DNA of 61,026 nt from positions 1 to 61,026 of the forward strand of contig CAZAYL010000003.1 in the NCBI GenBank assembly GCA_964489405.1. The letters run 5' to 3'. Shown piece after piece: positions 12,901 through 18,616 of the stretch. Under the pieces are notes generated by a model. That model saw nothing but the letters and a program-made list of their open reading frames with translations, was not told the DNA's origin and made no database searches. Source of the DNA: an uncultured Lachnospiraceae bacterium. GTDB taxonomy: Bacteria > Bacillota > Clostridia > Christensenellales > UBA1242. The position numbers were made by a program, and so were the translations under genes. Each line of letters begins with the position of its first letter. Within the stretch, counting starts at the first letter, position 1.

Positions 12901-13191
12901 TGGTGGAGTATAAGCAAATGGTGCAAATCTCCTACAGATATTTCATCGGTTTCAAATACAAGTAATAATCAAATTCGTATTAAACGCGGAAGCAGTTTAA
13001 ATACAAGTAATTATGTTGCTACTTGTAAATGTAAATATGCTGTAACTTATAACTTTATTACTGAAGCGTGGACAACTGATTCTAGTGCTAAGAACTTGAA
13101 TTGGGCAAAGGGTTCTAACAATAGTTATGATGCTAAAGTAATAACTATCAACAGCAATTGCACCTTAAAACCTGTTTGGAAAGAAAAATAA
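3964..13191 (+). CDS. Giant (3075 aa) N-terminally anchored surface protein: ~12 divergent ~180-210-aa modules, then C-terminal Listeria-Bacteroides repeats
   Basis: Uninterrupted 9.2-kb ORF. N-terminal TM helix (FFVYFLTYIVMLMSGVGGVFLF). A recurring module ends in [VI]Y[VA]xxxGxK[VIY]K[FI] followed by a helix-like SDIDKVxxLL segment (IYVDLLGAKYQ, AYVSYQGIKIKIT, VYVSALGAKVKFALSDID, IYANFDGMKVKFALSDIN, LYVNFDGIKVKFALSDID, IYVDFANLKIQFVESD, IYVNYSGLKLKIHKTN and others). Listeria-Bacteroides repeats lie at nt 11416-12849. There is no LPXTG or other C-terminal anchor. Confidence 0.9.
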   Translation: MRKFFVYFLTYIVMLMSGVGGVFLFTNHTSPARQVQQADSSAFDKVVSNIMNAKALTAGGEFVIKENGTQFANVTLSVRMDLVDGFTKFNLAGAINIERDGNNLAIDFAYIDSKIYVDLLGAKYQATMDDIGGLIKVVSASLSSVLPEVDIASMLDVNALMLLMQNVTEEKGENEILLKMNTSGGDIVIKTDLEYNIQSVDIPKLVFGEFTIDPNVALETKSALIGLEKPKDESLYAEASKQFVVLTALLNTVQTPFVAKVNILGQESDLIYDKTNASLSSKINGNELKITYYNNCVYANFGTFGIKCDSGDFDTLKEFFSDKIDFEQLTTHTIVATMIEKIKAIDFSRLTLEFLNQIVVDENGGLTFECNDFALNIQSYQSKITKAVVVYKGYTLESEFSYTNVPQVKVPSVKYLSATNVLDLANAMAQTAKSNDVNANIDLVVGEYLLNVNMCYAFNSGNIYLNLSTQIGENDFDITYQNGVAYVSYQGIKIKITEQTIKDLMTEFNLDGKFDNIESIINKMRNINLDTVTLNSIKQMFNINLTKEQKQAILAVAQTALNVLSSTTLGMNSDILSVISGDFDANIELNDGKISNLSIKYKEYSIESKFEYVSFEQKTIEIDEYIDAMQLARVAKNFISSAKDGIFATFVANYEDVSISGQINVISKDIEISAVATYGEYTANIAFVNDVVYVSALGAKVKFALSDIDKVQNLLNTLNVSMPQMPNVSIDANAILGVVNKLFLAYTSDKISANYEDYAVSLNIENNNISGAKLCENGAEILAIDFSTTRNEISVANPCEYLDITELFPLVEPIINTISSNNFSGTAVLKVSLNNQLVEFNIDYKISIVDGEIKANAIVTAYGITIDITYLDNVIYIKAGKLAVNAKISELDKIVEFVENNFGTISSQLSTISAVNITDILGMVTSALSVSDLSFVNTIDVLNNSAFIQIGKIGLTLEFDTAITGVEIEITDLDISEISIDSLNFATSINTSAVVIANSLCEYVDINDILSVANSVIATAKSNAVSGQIDLQLTDGVVPIDGITSKNLHFVINYNYSYNGGNIKFDANTELLGNTLSVVLVDNVVYIAYQDINVYATLESFGKIDLNAEISQQQIIEYVKLAISSISLSYDNDTLIVLGKNLAKLNSAKISITTENSELTNVSLTCDYASINITFALTENYNDVTLKENYIEAENIVELVKNIIDATTQRHVFAEIDLNIGEYSISGLVNYSENNLQAQISTQIFGKNLDVRLLENTIYANFDGMKVKFALSDINKVVELINRALGDTQSKMPNVDINIDKAVITKYLKALRLGYDGNKITTKVSNFDLKDFGLNVSSLDLSKIGIEYTKFASGELNIVVDCKNNTLNGVCVSVNDYANVNVKFENTPCNINQSTSGYFDIIAFLPFVEPFIDGYLSGMFGTMTISAPQIEKVASELVVDYAFNAGAIQLNTTILNQKIGATLKDNIIYLEISGLKYKFGINEIDDIIDLVCREFDITINKTMEDEFSLDNINFGDIGFELLNDKNLQITYKNLTLLLSIEKGFVASVEFDDVAVSLTQKVGAKAITLESADKYLPIFGAIEKASAIYSIISDGKVSFDLDFTYDTIKVTGNASIDYKTVMQTKNISDLKISATLVAFEKSVNIDLQNNVLYVNFDGIKVKFALSDIDTMLEWLESEFNVKIDTNANVDIDFKTLLKSICQSDQNIMNIETSLLSAILTFENNDIQSISVNYDKISAKIAITNNFEIRNIISENYSNVVDLLPVCSKILQVYYTKSIALDAEISAKLLGYDQIFDASISVDYSDKIKIDLVAEFKGLTATIYVRGSTIYVDFANLKIQFVESDLLQIVDFANRNFGANLIAPTESGIEGNMVVDFVNKNFNLGFELPYLGDINTKAKDINLDQIIDTIKKFDFSTFGTFTLNDNKFDMNISTGSISLDLAKILDVVVDFEEVRANASIIATSEAVKIVQINGKDYATVDELLNTIQCVIDTLNTQRYTVSASTQVYNGQTKRFDGSIKASLDISGEQKLFHGVATLNGEQDISVTLDFDGTYIYVNYSGLKLKIHKTNIKEIAGIVMAVFGYDINSLGIFGDVDLGNLNFDNFQNAMPNIDLGDPFAMLKLVQSIKYSNGALTINLDGKKISGNTNAQTMTLNISTANGELSHFDLNNMYTGVTSSEYFNLNIDFVDYAGVPAVSGTYFDISSISQLLKGVINTSELNDYHITATLDIKMTIIGIDIDWNIPIDIQIKLVNKRPVIKAVIGPMPSVEGVNNDVKFIVGDWVDGIYKSKDRYINIYYLDENVYIHRTENVAKTLNRTRLYEKKTMVHYTTFLDNIMYYVQYMTGFTDSIMSAINESMEKAKNRENPIDMGNVLLDYNNDNGNYNLKLNLKEISNDEKLDSIAISIKPSFVESAQKEYVTDLTMQMVMPLADGVNMNLESNDMKLIDIGETLDLSSVYNYANSYTYAEGAEWTASESDWECQKTVSYTMSFETNGGASVANITCAPSSTISLPTYANREVVSGNTKTTYRFDGWYTSETFDDGTKFDSNKMSRQDIKLYAKWTEIARVNMYTINFVTNGGASVSNINQYEGYAINLPTYDDRIEITDTEKTTYRFVGWYTTENFDESTKFELTSMPSESVTLYAKWEVVSNYQKQIINFIDGDQVIRTISGFYGDEITLSSLENKEISTETSYELYEFDGWFKSSAYEIETLFESNLMPNESFDLYAKWNLIVSNQTLTLFDGGSTISTIKANVGETISLPIYQTQVIDNITNHTRITRTFVGWFTTQNFADGTIFTATQMPISGMYLYAKWDEKVETIYSVKITNAGTIVYNEIVLSGTTIAMNTIDGYKDSTLVYSSANFAENTKVENFTISNDSAWYLRNKFTINVYSKYSSSLSATYSQTYELYEGSSVTLPSFSMLSTNWGSYTSEYTFGGYSFNNTAIKAGTVTTPNGNCTYIAIWTETQWCTVTFDVNAWTKPSWWSISKWCKSPTDISSVSNTSNNQIRIKRGSSLNTSNYVATCKCKYAVTYNFITEAWTTDSSAKNLNWAKGSNNSYDAKVITINSNCTLKPVWKEK
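11416..12849 (+). repeat. Protein-level tandem Listeria-Bacteroides repeats (4 clear, about 2 degenerate) inside the giant gene
   Basis: YTMSFETNGG...TYRFDGWYTSETFDDGTKF...LYAKWTE; YTINFVTNGG...TYRFVGWYTTENFDESTKF...LYAKWEV; ...YEFDGWFKSSAY...LYAKWNL; ...RTFVGWFTTQNFADGTIF...LYAKWDE. Weaker copies follow, ending in ...YIAIWTE. Confidence 0.85.
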
Positions 13192-13223
13192 TTTATTATT
13201 AAAGTTAATAATTTCCAAGAAAA

Positions 13224-13254
13224 ATAGAAATTGCGAAAGCGGTTTCTATTTTTT
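13224..13254 (+). terminator. Intrinsic terminator after the giant gene
   Basis: ATAGAAATTGC (13224-13234), GAAA tetraloop, GCGGTTTCTAT (13239-13249; 2 G-U pairs), then a T-run to 13254. Confidence 0.65.
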
Positions 13255-13316
13255 GTTGTTGCGAACACTATTAAAGTTGGACAATGAAACAAAATTTACA
13301 CATTGTTATAAAACAA

Positions 13317-13346
13317 TTGCATTTTGTGAGAAAAATTTGTTATAAT
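13317..13346 (+). promoter_or_regulatory. Candidate promoter of the sufC-sufB/D operon
   Basis: TTGCAT (13317-13322), 18-nt spacer, extended -10 TGtTATAAT (TG 13338-13339, TATAAT 13341-13346). This predicts a ~150-nt leader containing GTGTAAAT motif copies. Confidence 0.45.
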
Positions 13347-13506
13347 AAAACAAGTTTATGGCAAAATGTTTGTTTCAATATTATTTACACATAGCGCACA
13401 ATATAACCAAACTCATTGTGTAAATGTGCATAAATAGTGCAAAATATAATGACATCACGTGTAAATTATTTCAAAAACAATTTTTGCGAACCAAATGGAA
13501 GGGAAA

Positions 13507-14172
13507 ATGTTAAAAATCGAAAATTTATCATATAAAGTCGAAAATCAAGAAATACTAAAAGGTATCGACTTTGAGTTTGAAAAAGGAAAATTTTATGTAA
13601 TTACGGGGCACAACGGGGCTGGCAAGTCCACACTTGCAAAATGTCTTATGGGGCTATATAAAGCGGACGGCAAAATTTTACTAAACGGGCAAGACATAAC
13701 AAACAAGTCAATTGATGAGCGCGCCCACTTAGGAATGGGCTTTGCGTTTCAACAACCAGTTACATTCAAAGGCGTTAGGGTTATTGATATACTAAAAATT
13801 TCGGGTAAAAAATTCCCCGACTTTGAAAACGTATTGCAACGAGTTGGACTTGACCCCGCCGAATATTTGTTTCGTGAACTCAACGCAACTCTTTCAGGTG
13901 GCGAACTCAAACGCATTGAACTCGCAAGTGTCTTACTTCGCGACATATCTGTTGGCATATTCGACGAACCCGAAGCAGGTATTGACCTTTGGAGTTTTAA
14001 CAACCTTAGCAACGTGTTTTCAGAATTTCGCAACAGTGAAAGAACAATGATTGTAATTAGCCACCAAGAAAGAGTTATGAAACTCGCCGATGAAATCATT
14101 TTGATGCAAAATGGCAAGATTGAAAAATTCGGCGCACGCGACGAAATGTTAGGAAAACTAAACACTGATTAA
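13507..14172 (+). CDS. sufC: Fe-S cluster assembly ATPase SufC
   Basis: Walker A GHNGAGKST, ABC signature LSGGELKR, Walker B IFDEPEAGID, H-loop SHQ. The N-terminus MLKIENLSYKV aligns with SufC N-termini (E. coli MLSIKDLHVSV). The ORF-track start at 13495 is 4 codons upstream and is also possible. Confidence 0.85.
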   Translation: MLKIENLSYKVENQEILKGIDFEFEKGKFYVITGHNGAGKSTLAKCLMGLYKADGKILLNGQDITNKSIDERAHLGMGFAFQQPVTFKGVRVIDILKISGKKFPDFENVLQRVGLDPAEYLFRELNATLSGGELKRIELASVLLRDISVGIFDEPEAGIDLWSFNNLSNVFSEFRNSERTMIVISHQERVMKLADEIILMQNGKIEKFGARDEMLGKLNTD

Positions 14173-14246
14173 AAAATTCAGCTTGTAAGCGCACATACAG
14201 CGTATATATATGGCAAGGAATAATTGAATATATAATAAGGAATAAT

Positions 14247-15173
14247 ATGATTAAAGATATTGAAAAAATAAAAACTGAAATTCTGCAAAAAATTGCGGAT
14301 ATCAAAGAGTTCCCGCAGGGCGCACACAACTTGCGTCTTAACGGAAAGGGTGTCGAACGAGTAAATTCGCAAAACATCGAAATCATACCAAAGAAAGATG
14401 GAACAGGTATTGACATCTTTGTTGCGCCCAACACAAAAAATGAATCTGCATACATTCCCGTCATCTTAACCGAGAGCGGACTTCACGACATAGTGTATAA
14501 TGATTTTCATATTGGACAAAACGCCGACGTCGTCATCGTCGCAGGTTGTGGCATTCACAACGACGCCGAATGTGATTCATCGCACAACGGCATACATACG
14601 TTTTACATTGAAAAAGGCGCACGCGTCAAGTACATCGAAAAGCACTATGGGCAAGGTGTTGGACAGAAGAACCTCAGCCCACTCACGCAAGTATATCTTG
14701 ACGAAAACGCAACAATGATTATGGACACTCTACAACTCGAGGGCGTTGACTATGCCGTTCGTACAACAAAAGGCGAACTTAAGGACAAAGCTACGCTTAT
14801 TGTCAATGAAAAGATTTTGACTCAAAACGCGCAATTTGCGTCTTCTGTGTTTGATGTTAAGCTTTTCGGAACAACTGCGTCTACAAAAATAACGTCGCGC
14901 GCCGTTGCAAAAGACGACTCAAAGCAAGAGTTCCACTCCAATGTTACAGGGACGTGTGAGTGCTTTGGGCACGTCGAGTGCGATGCAATTTTGATGAACA
15001 AAGCGCAAATAATCGCGATTCCACAAATTTCTGCACTTTCAAGCGACGCGCAACTTATCCACGAAGCCACAATTGGCAAAATCGCGGGCGCACAACTAGA
15101 AAAATTGCTCACGCTCGGATTAAATGAAAAAGAAGCAGAAAATTTTATCATCAACGGATTCTTGAGTATATAG
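14247..15173 (+). CDS. Short-form SufB/SufD family Fe-S cluster assembly protein
   Basis: 308 aa, directly downstream of sufC. The C-terminal HEATIGKIAGAQLEKLLTLGLNEKEAENFIINGF matches the conserved SufB/D C-terminus (E. coli SufB [34 protein letters not shown]). Confidence 0.8.
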   Translation: MIKDIEKIKTEILQKIADIKEFPQGAHNLRLNGKGVERVNSQNIEIIPKKDGTGIDIFVAPNTKNESAYIPVILTESGLHDIVYNDFHIGQNADVVIVAGCGIHNDAECDSSHNGIHTFYIEKGARVKYIEKHYGQGVGQKNLSPLTQVYLDENATMIMDTLQLEGVDYAVRTTKGELKDKATLIVNEKILTQNAQFASSVFDVKLFGTTASTKITSRAVAKDDSKQEFHSNVTGTCECFGHVECDAILMNKAQIIAIPQISALSSDAQLIHEATIGKIAGAQLEKLLTLGLNEKEAENFIINGFLSI

Positions 15174-15256
15174 CATTCATAAATCGCTATATGTTGGTAT
15201 TTACTTCAAATATTCTTTGATTTCTAACGAAAAAACGACAAATTTGCTTTAGCATC

Positions 15257-15284
15257 TTGACAAATTTTAAAATATTGGTATAAT
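15257..15284 (+). promoter_or_regulatory. Near-consensus sigma-70 promoter with extended -10
   Basis: TTGACA (15257-15262), 16-nt spacer, TGgTATAAT (TATAAT 15279-15284). AGAGGGA Shine-Dalgarno and the ATG at 15304 follow. Confidence 0.65.
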
Positions 15285-15303
15285 ATATCCAAAGAGGGAA
15301 AGA

Positions 15304-16131
15304 ATGGCATTCAATTTTATAGCAAAGCAAGAAGATATTTTCAAAATTTTAATGTCTGAACGCGAAAAAGCGCGCATAAGCACCGAAGCAACTAGAGATT
15401 CATTTGAAGTGTTGGACGAAATAAAGAAGAAAGAAAAAACAATTTTACCAACAACAATAGAAACGCTAGACGAATATTATCGTACCAAAGGCGCAAACAA
15501 ATTGTTGGAATACATTTTAGTTGCCGACGAATTGTACATAATTTGCAACCAATTTTTGTCGTTTGCAACAGTTACGCACGAAGAAATGGAGAAGCTCAAT
15601 AGACAAATAAGCATAAGGTTCAAAATGTATATGGATTATCCGCTTACCCAACGAGAAAAAGACGAGTATATTCCATTTGAAATGCAAGACCTAAACGAAA
15701 TGTTAAGATATATCTATGTTTGGGATATAGACCACGCGCTTATGCCACGAATGCGTTGGATGGACGGAACAAAATTATTTGACAGCAATTTTGGCAAAGA
15801 AGGAGTAATGGAACTTTGCGAAAAAGAAGGGCACGGTGGCTATGTTAGAAGTGTGAGAGAGAAATTCAAAGAAGCAACTAAACAAGCGACTGATTGGATG
15901 AACAATACATTTTTCAAACACTGGGAAATTTTAGCCTACAATATGGAACAACTTAACACAGTAATGGAGTATACACCTATCCACTCGTGCGATTATGACG
16001 ATGGTTCCCGCGCGCCTATCGGTTACCCTGAGGACAAACAATATTATGGAAAATGTTATGGAGAAATGGCAGAAGAATACAGAAATAAAATTAGAAAACA
16101 AAGAAGTCAAGAACAAGGGAGAGAAATGTAA
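15304..16131 (+). CDS. Hypothetical cytoplasmic protein
   Basis: 275-aa ORF with a good SD and promoter. No TM segment and no family I recognise. Its stop overlaps the next start (TAATG at 16129-16133). Confidence 0.65.
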   Translation: MAFNFIAKQEDIFKILMSEREKARISTEATRDSFEVLDEIKKKEKTILPTTIETLDEYYRTKGANKLLEYILVADELYIICNQFLSFATVTHEEMEKLNRQISIRFKMYMDYPLTQREKDEYIPFEMQDLNEMLRYIYVWDIDHALMPRMRWMDGTKLFDSNFGKEGVMELCEKEGHGGYVRSVREKFKEATKQATDWMNNTFFKHWEILAYNMEQLNTVMEYTPIHSCDYDDGSRAPIGYPEDKQYYGKCYGEMAEEYRNKIRKQRSQEQGREM

Positions 16132-16331
16132 TGGAAATTAAGAAAGATATGCGCATTGCCGATGTTTTGGAAATCGCGCCAGACACAGCCGAAATTTTTA
16201 TGGGTTTTGGAATGCATTGTTTCGCTTGCCCAATGGGTTCAATGGAAACCCTAGAAGAAGCGTCCGCAGTACACGGCATTGACCTAAATGATTTACTCAA
16301 AAAATTAAATGAATCTATCAACAAAAAATAG
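16131..16331 (+). CDS. DUF1858 / hybrid-cluster-protein-associated redox-disulfide domain protein
   Basis: 66 aa. IADVLEIAPDTAEIFMGFGMHCFACPMGSMETLEEASAVHGIDLNDLL matches the DUF1858 pattern, including the CxxC motif (CFAC). Confidence 0.75.
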   Translation: MEIKKDMRIADVLEIAPDTAEIFMGFGMHCFACPMGSMETLEEASAVHGIDLNDLLKKLNESINKK

Positions 16332-16343
16332 GAGGATTGAACA

Positions 16344-17051
16344 ATGGCTGAAAATAATGAAGATTTGAAGAAAAAAGAAGAAGCAAATTTTTTTGATGAA
16401 GAAAGAATAATTAATGATAGCGCGCAAAATAAAAACAATAACAGCGACGACAGCGGAGTAGGCGATTCAAATACAAATGAAGCAACGCAAGTTGCGGAAA
16501 AGCAAAATGATGATGGAAATTCACCTGATGTTAAAATTAGCGATGGCGCAGACTCGACAGATGAGAAAGATACAAAAGAAGTGTCGGAATCTGAAAAGTC
16601 GGATGATGCAGTACCAACAGTGGAATCTTATGTTCCAGAACCAGAACCTGAAGAAGAATTATCGGAACCTACAAATGAGTTTGCGGATAATTTTGACGCC
16701 AAAAGCAAAATTAATTTGAATACATACAAGAAAAAAACAAAATCAAAAAAACCAATTAGAAATTTCATTGCCGAAGTGTGCGATATGAAAGGCTACAAGA
16801 AAGCGGACAATGAAAGAAGGAAAAAAGAAGGTAAGCCAGAAATCAAGATGTCAAAAAAACTCGCAGCTGCAAATCTTATTTGGTTGGGAGCAAAAATTAC
16901 TGTTGCTTGTACCGTTTTCGGACCAATTGTGGGGTGTTGGCTTGCTATGCATTACACCAATCACGAATTTGCAACTAGAGTTGAACAAAAAGCAGTAAAT
17001 TTTGGTAAATTCTTTACTTCATTAGAAGGTGGCAAAGGTCCATCTAGATAA
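16344..17051 (+). CDS. Acidic low-complexity protein with a C-terminal TM segment (hypothetical)
   Basis: 235-aa ORF with a GGAGG SD. The N-terminal ~110 aa are D/E/S/N-rich, followed by a K-rich linker and a hydrophobic helix (LAAANLIWLGAKITVACTVFGPIVGCWLAM). Confidence 0.6.
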   Translation: MAENNEDLKKKEEANFFDEERIINDSAQNKNNNSDDSGVGDSNTNEATQVAEKQNDDGNSPDVKISDGADSTDEKDTKEVSESEKSDDAVPTVESYVPEPEPEEELSEPTNEFADNFDAKSKINLNTYKKKTKSKKPIRNFIAEVCDMKGYKKADNERRKKEGKPEIKMSKKLAAANLIWLGAKITVACTVFGPIVGCWLAMHYTNHEFATRVEQKAVNFGKFFTSLEGGKGPSR

Positions 17052-17100
17052 TATATGGAGCAACATATTTTGAATTTTTAAATTACATCACTAAACTAGT

Positions 17101-17136
17101 TTTGTAGAATATATAAATTTTGTAGAATATATAAAT
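17101..17136. repeat. Perfect 18-nt tandem duplication
   Basis: TTTGTAGAATATATAAAT occurs at 17101-17118 and again at 17119-17136. Confidence 0.9.
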
Positions 17137-17202
17137 ATTGATTATATTATATAATATTACATAATAATTAAAATAGAAAATAAAATTAAATATCTTAGCA
17201 CG

Positions 17203-17231
17203 GAGTGGTTAGCATACGCTACCACTCTTTT
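17203..17231 (+). terminator. Intrinsic terminator of the 15304-17051 operon
   Basis: GAGTGGT (17203-17209) / ACCACTC (17221-17227), with further pairing through GTTAGC/GCTAC, followed by TTTT. Confidence 0.6.
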
Positions 17232-17401
17232 GTATTGAATATTTTTTTCATCAAGTGAAACTCTATAAATAGTAGTAAAATTTACTTTAGCAAATCATTA
17301 TAATTTTTTCTTAAATTTCGTTATTAGCTACTATGAAATTCGCTTTGAGAAATAACAACAAAAAAAAGTTTAAAATTCTTTAAAAAACTTTGTCAAAAGG
17401 G

Positions 17402-17430
17402 TTGACTTTTCTTTATAAATAGAGTATAAT
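17402..17430 (+). promoter_or_regulatory. S10-operon promoter (TTGACT-17-TATAAT) with an A/T-rich UP-like region
   Basis: TTGACT 17402-17407, 17-nt spacer, TATAAT 17425-17430. The upstream 60 nt are A-tract rich. A ~210-nt leader precedes rpsJ. Confidence 0.65.
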
Positions 17431-17646
17431 CTAAACACTGTGAATGGGATGAAGTTGGAAGTTACTACTAAGATGCTAGTCTTAGTGGAGAATTTCGATG
17501 GACAAATGTCTAGCAAAATTTAGGCGACTAATCTATTACATAATTTTTTATTTTTTTTAATTCACAGATAGATACACACGGGCAAGTGTATTAAAAATAA
17601 AAATTTTTCTTTGCCGAAAATAGATTAGGATAGGAGGAAACAATTT
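17431..17646 (+). promoter_or_regulatory. Structured 5' leader of the S10 operon
   Basis: Hairpin ACTAAGA/TCTTAGT (17467-17486). Hairpin ATACAC/GTGTAT (17572-17591) followed by an A/T run. A 10-bp long-range pairing CTAATCTATT (17528-17537) / AATAGATTAG (17619-17628) ends 3 nt before the AGGAGG SD (17632-17637). Confidence 0.45.
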
Positions 17647-17955
17647 ATGGCAACTACAAAAATTAGAATTAAGTTGAAATCATATGATCACAACTTGATT
17701 GACAACGCTGCGAATAAAATAGTCGATGCAGCGCAAAGGTCGGGCGCACAAATTTCAGGCCCGATTCCACTTCCAACACAAAAGGAAGTGATTACAATCA
17801 TCAGAGCTCCGTTCAAGTACAAAGACTCACGTGAGCAATTTGAAATCAGAACACACAAACGCTTGATTGATATCTACAGTCCATCAACAAAGGTTGTCGA
17901 TAGTTTGACAAAACTTGACTTGCCAGCCGGTGTCGATATCAAGATAAAGCTCTAA
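17647..17955 (+). CDS. rpsJ: 30S ribosomal protein S10
   Basis: [14 protein letters not shown]...ISGPIPLPT. First gene of the conserved cluster. Confidence 0.97.
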   Translation: MATTKIRIKLKSYDHNLIDNAANKIVDAAQRSGAQISGPIPLPTQKEVITIIRAPFKYKDSREQFEIRTHKRLIDIYSPSTKVVDSLTKLDLPAGVDIKIKL

Positions 17956-17973
17956 TTTAGTAAGGAGAGAATT

Positions 17974-18606
17974 ATGGAAAAAGCAATTTTAGGAAAGAAA
18001 TTGGGTATGACACAGGTTTTCGCAGACAATGGAACTGTAATTCCTGTAACGGTCATTCAAGCGGGCCCGTGTTTTGTTACACAAGTTAAGACTGTCGAAA
18101 CTGACGGCTACAATGCAATCGTTGTTGGCTTTGAAGATAAGAAAGAGAAACTTGTGAATAAACCAGAAATGGGGCTCTTCAAAAAAGCGGAGATCACACC
18201 AAAGAGACACCTACGCGAATTTAGACTTGAAAATGCAAATGAGTACAAAGTTGGTCAAGAAATTAAGTGCGACATCTTTAATGCTGATGAACTTGTTGAC
18301 GCAAGCGCAATTTCGAAAGGACACGGGTTTAGTGGTATGATTAAGAGATGGGGCGCTCATCACCAAAGAAATACTCACGGTGGTAATAAGGTTCATAGAG
18401 CGGTCGGCTCACTCGGCGCAACAACTGCAATTGCAAGAGTTTGCCCAGGACGTCATATGCCGGGGCAATATGGCAATGTAAAAAAGACTGTTTTGAACCT
18501 AACAGTTGTAAAAGTCGACACAGCACGCAATCTTATTTTAGTTAAAGGCGCTGTCCCAGGTGCACGCGGTGCATTAGTAACACTAAAAGACGCTGTAAAG
18601 GCATAA
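17974..18606 (+). CDS. rplC: 50S ribosomal protein L3
   Basis: [10 protein letters not shown]...VIPVTVI...[12 protein letters not shown]. Conserved position. Confidence 0.97.
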   Translation: MEKAILGKKLGMTQVFADNGTVIPVTVIQAGPCFVTQVKTVETDGYNAIVVGFEDKKEKLVNKPEMGLFKKAEITPKRHLREFRLENANEYKVGQEIKCDIFNADELVDASAISKGHGFSGMIKRWGAHHQRNTHGGNKVHRAVGSLGATTAIARVCPGRHMPGQYGNVKKTVLNLTVVKVDTARNLILVKGAVPGARGALVTLKDAVKA

Positions 18607-18616
18607 GGAGAAAACT

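Noticed and set aside
3964-13191. The giant ORFs as assembly artefacts of collapsed or expanded tandem repeats, or as pseudogenes.
   Set aside because: The repeated modules are strongly diverged at the DNA level, so mis-assembly by repeat collapse is unlikely. Both ORFs are uninterrupted, with proper SD, start, anchor helix and, for gene 1, a terminator.
16477-16998. Alternative-frame + strand ORFs (80 and 62 aa) inside the acidic-protein gene.
   Set aside because: They are embedded in a longer ORF that has a GGAGG SD, and they are K/R/M-rich frame-shift shadows of the GA-rich sequence. The same reasoning applies to the alternative-frame ORFs inside rplD, rplB, rplN and the giant genes.
17101-17136. 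A CRISPR-like or minisatellite array.
   Set aside because: There are only two adjacent 18-nt copies, with no spacers and no further repeats.
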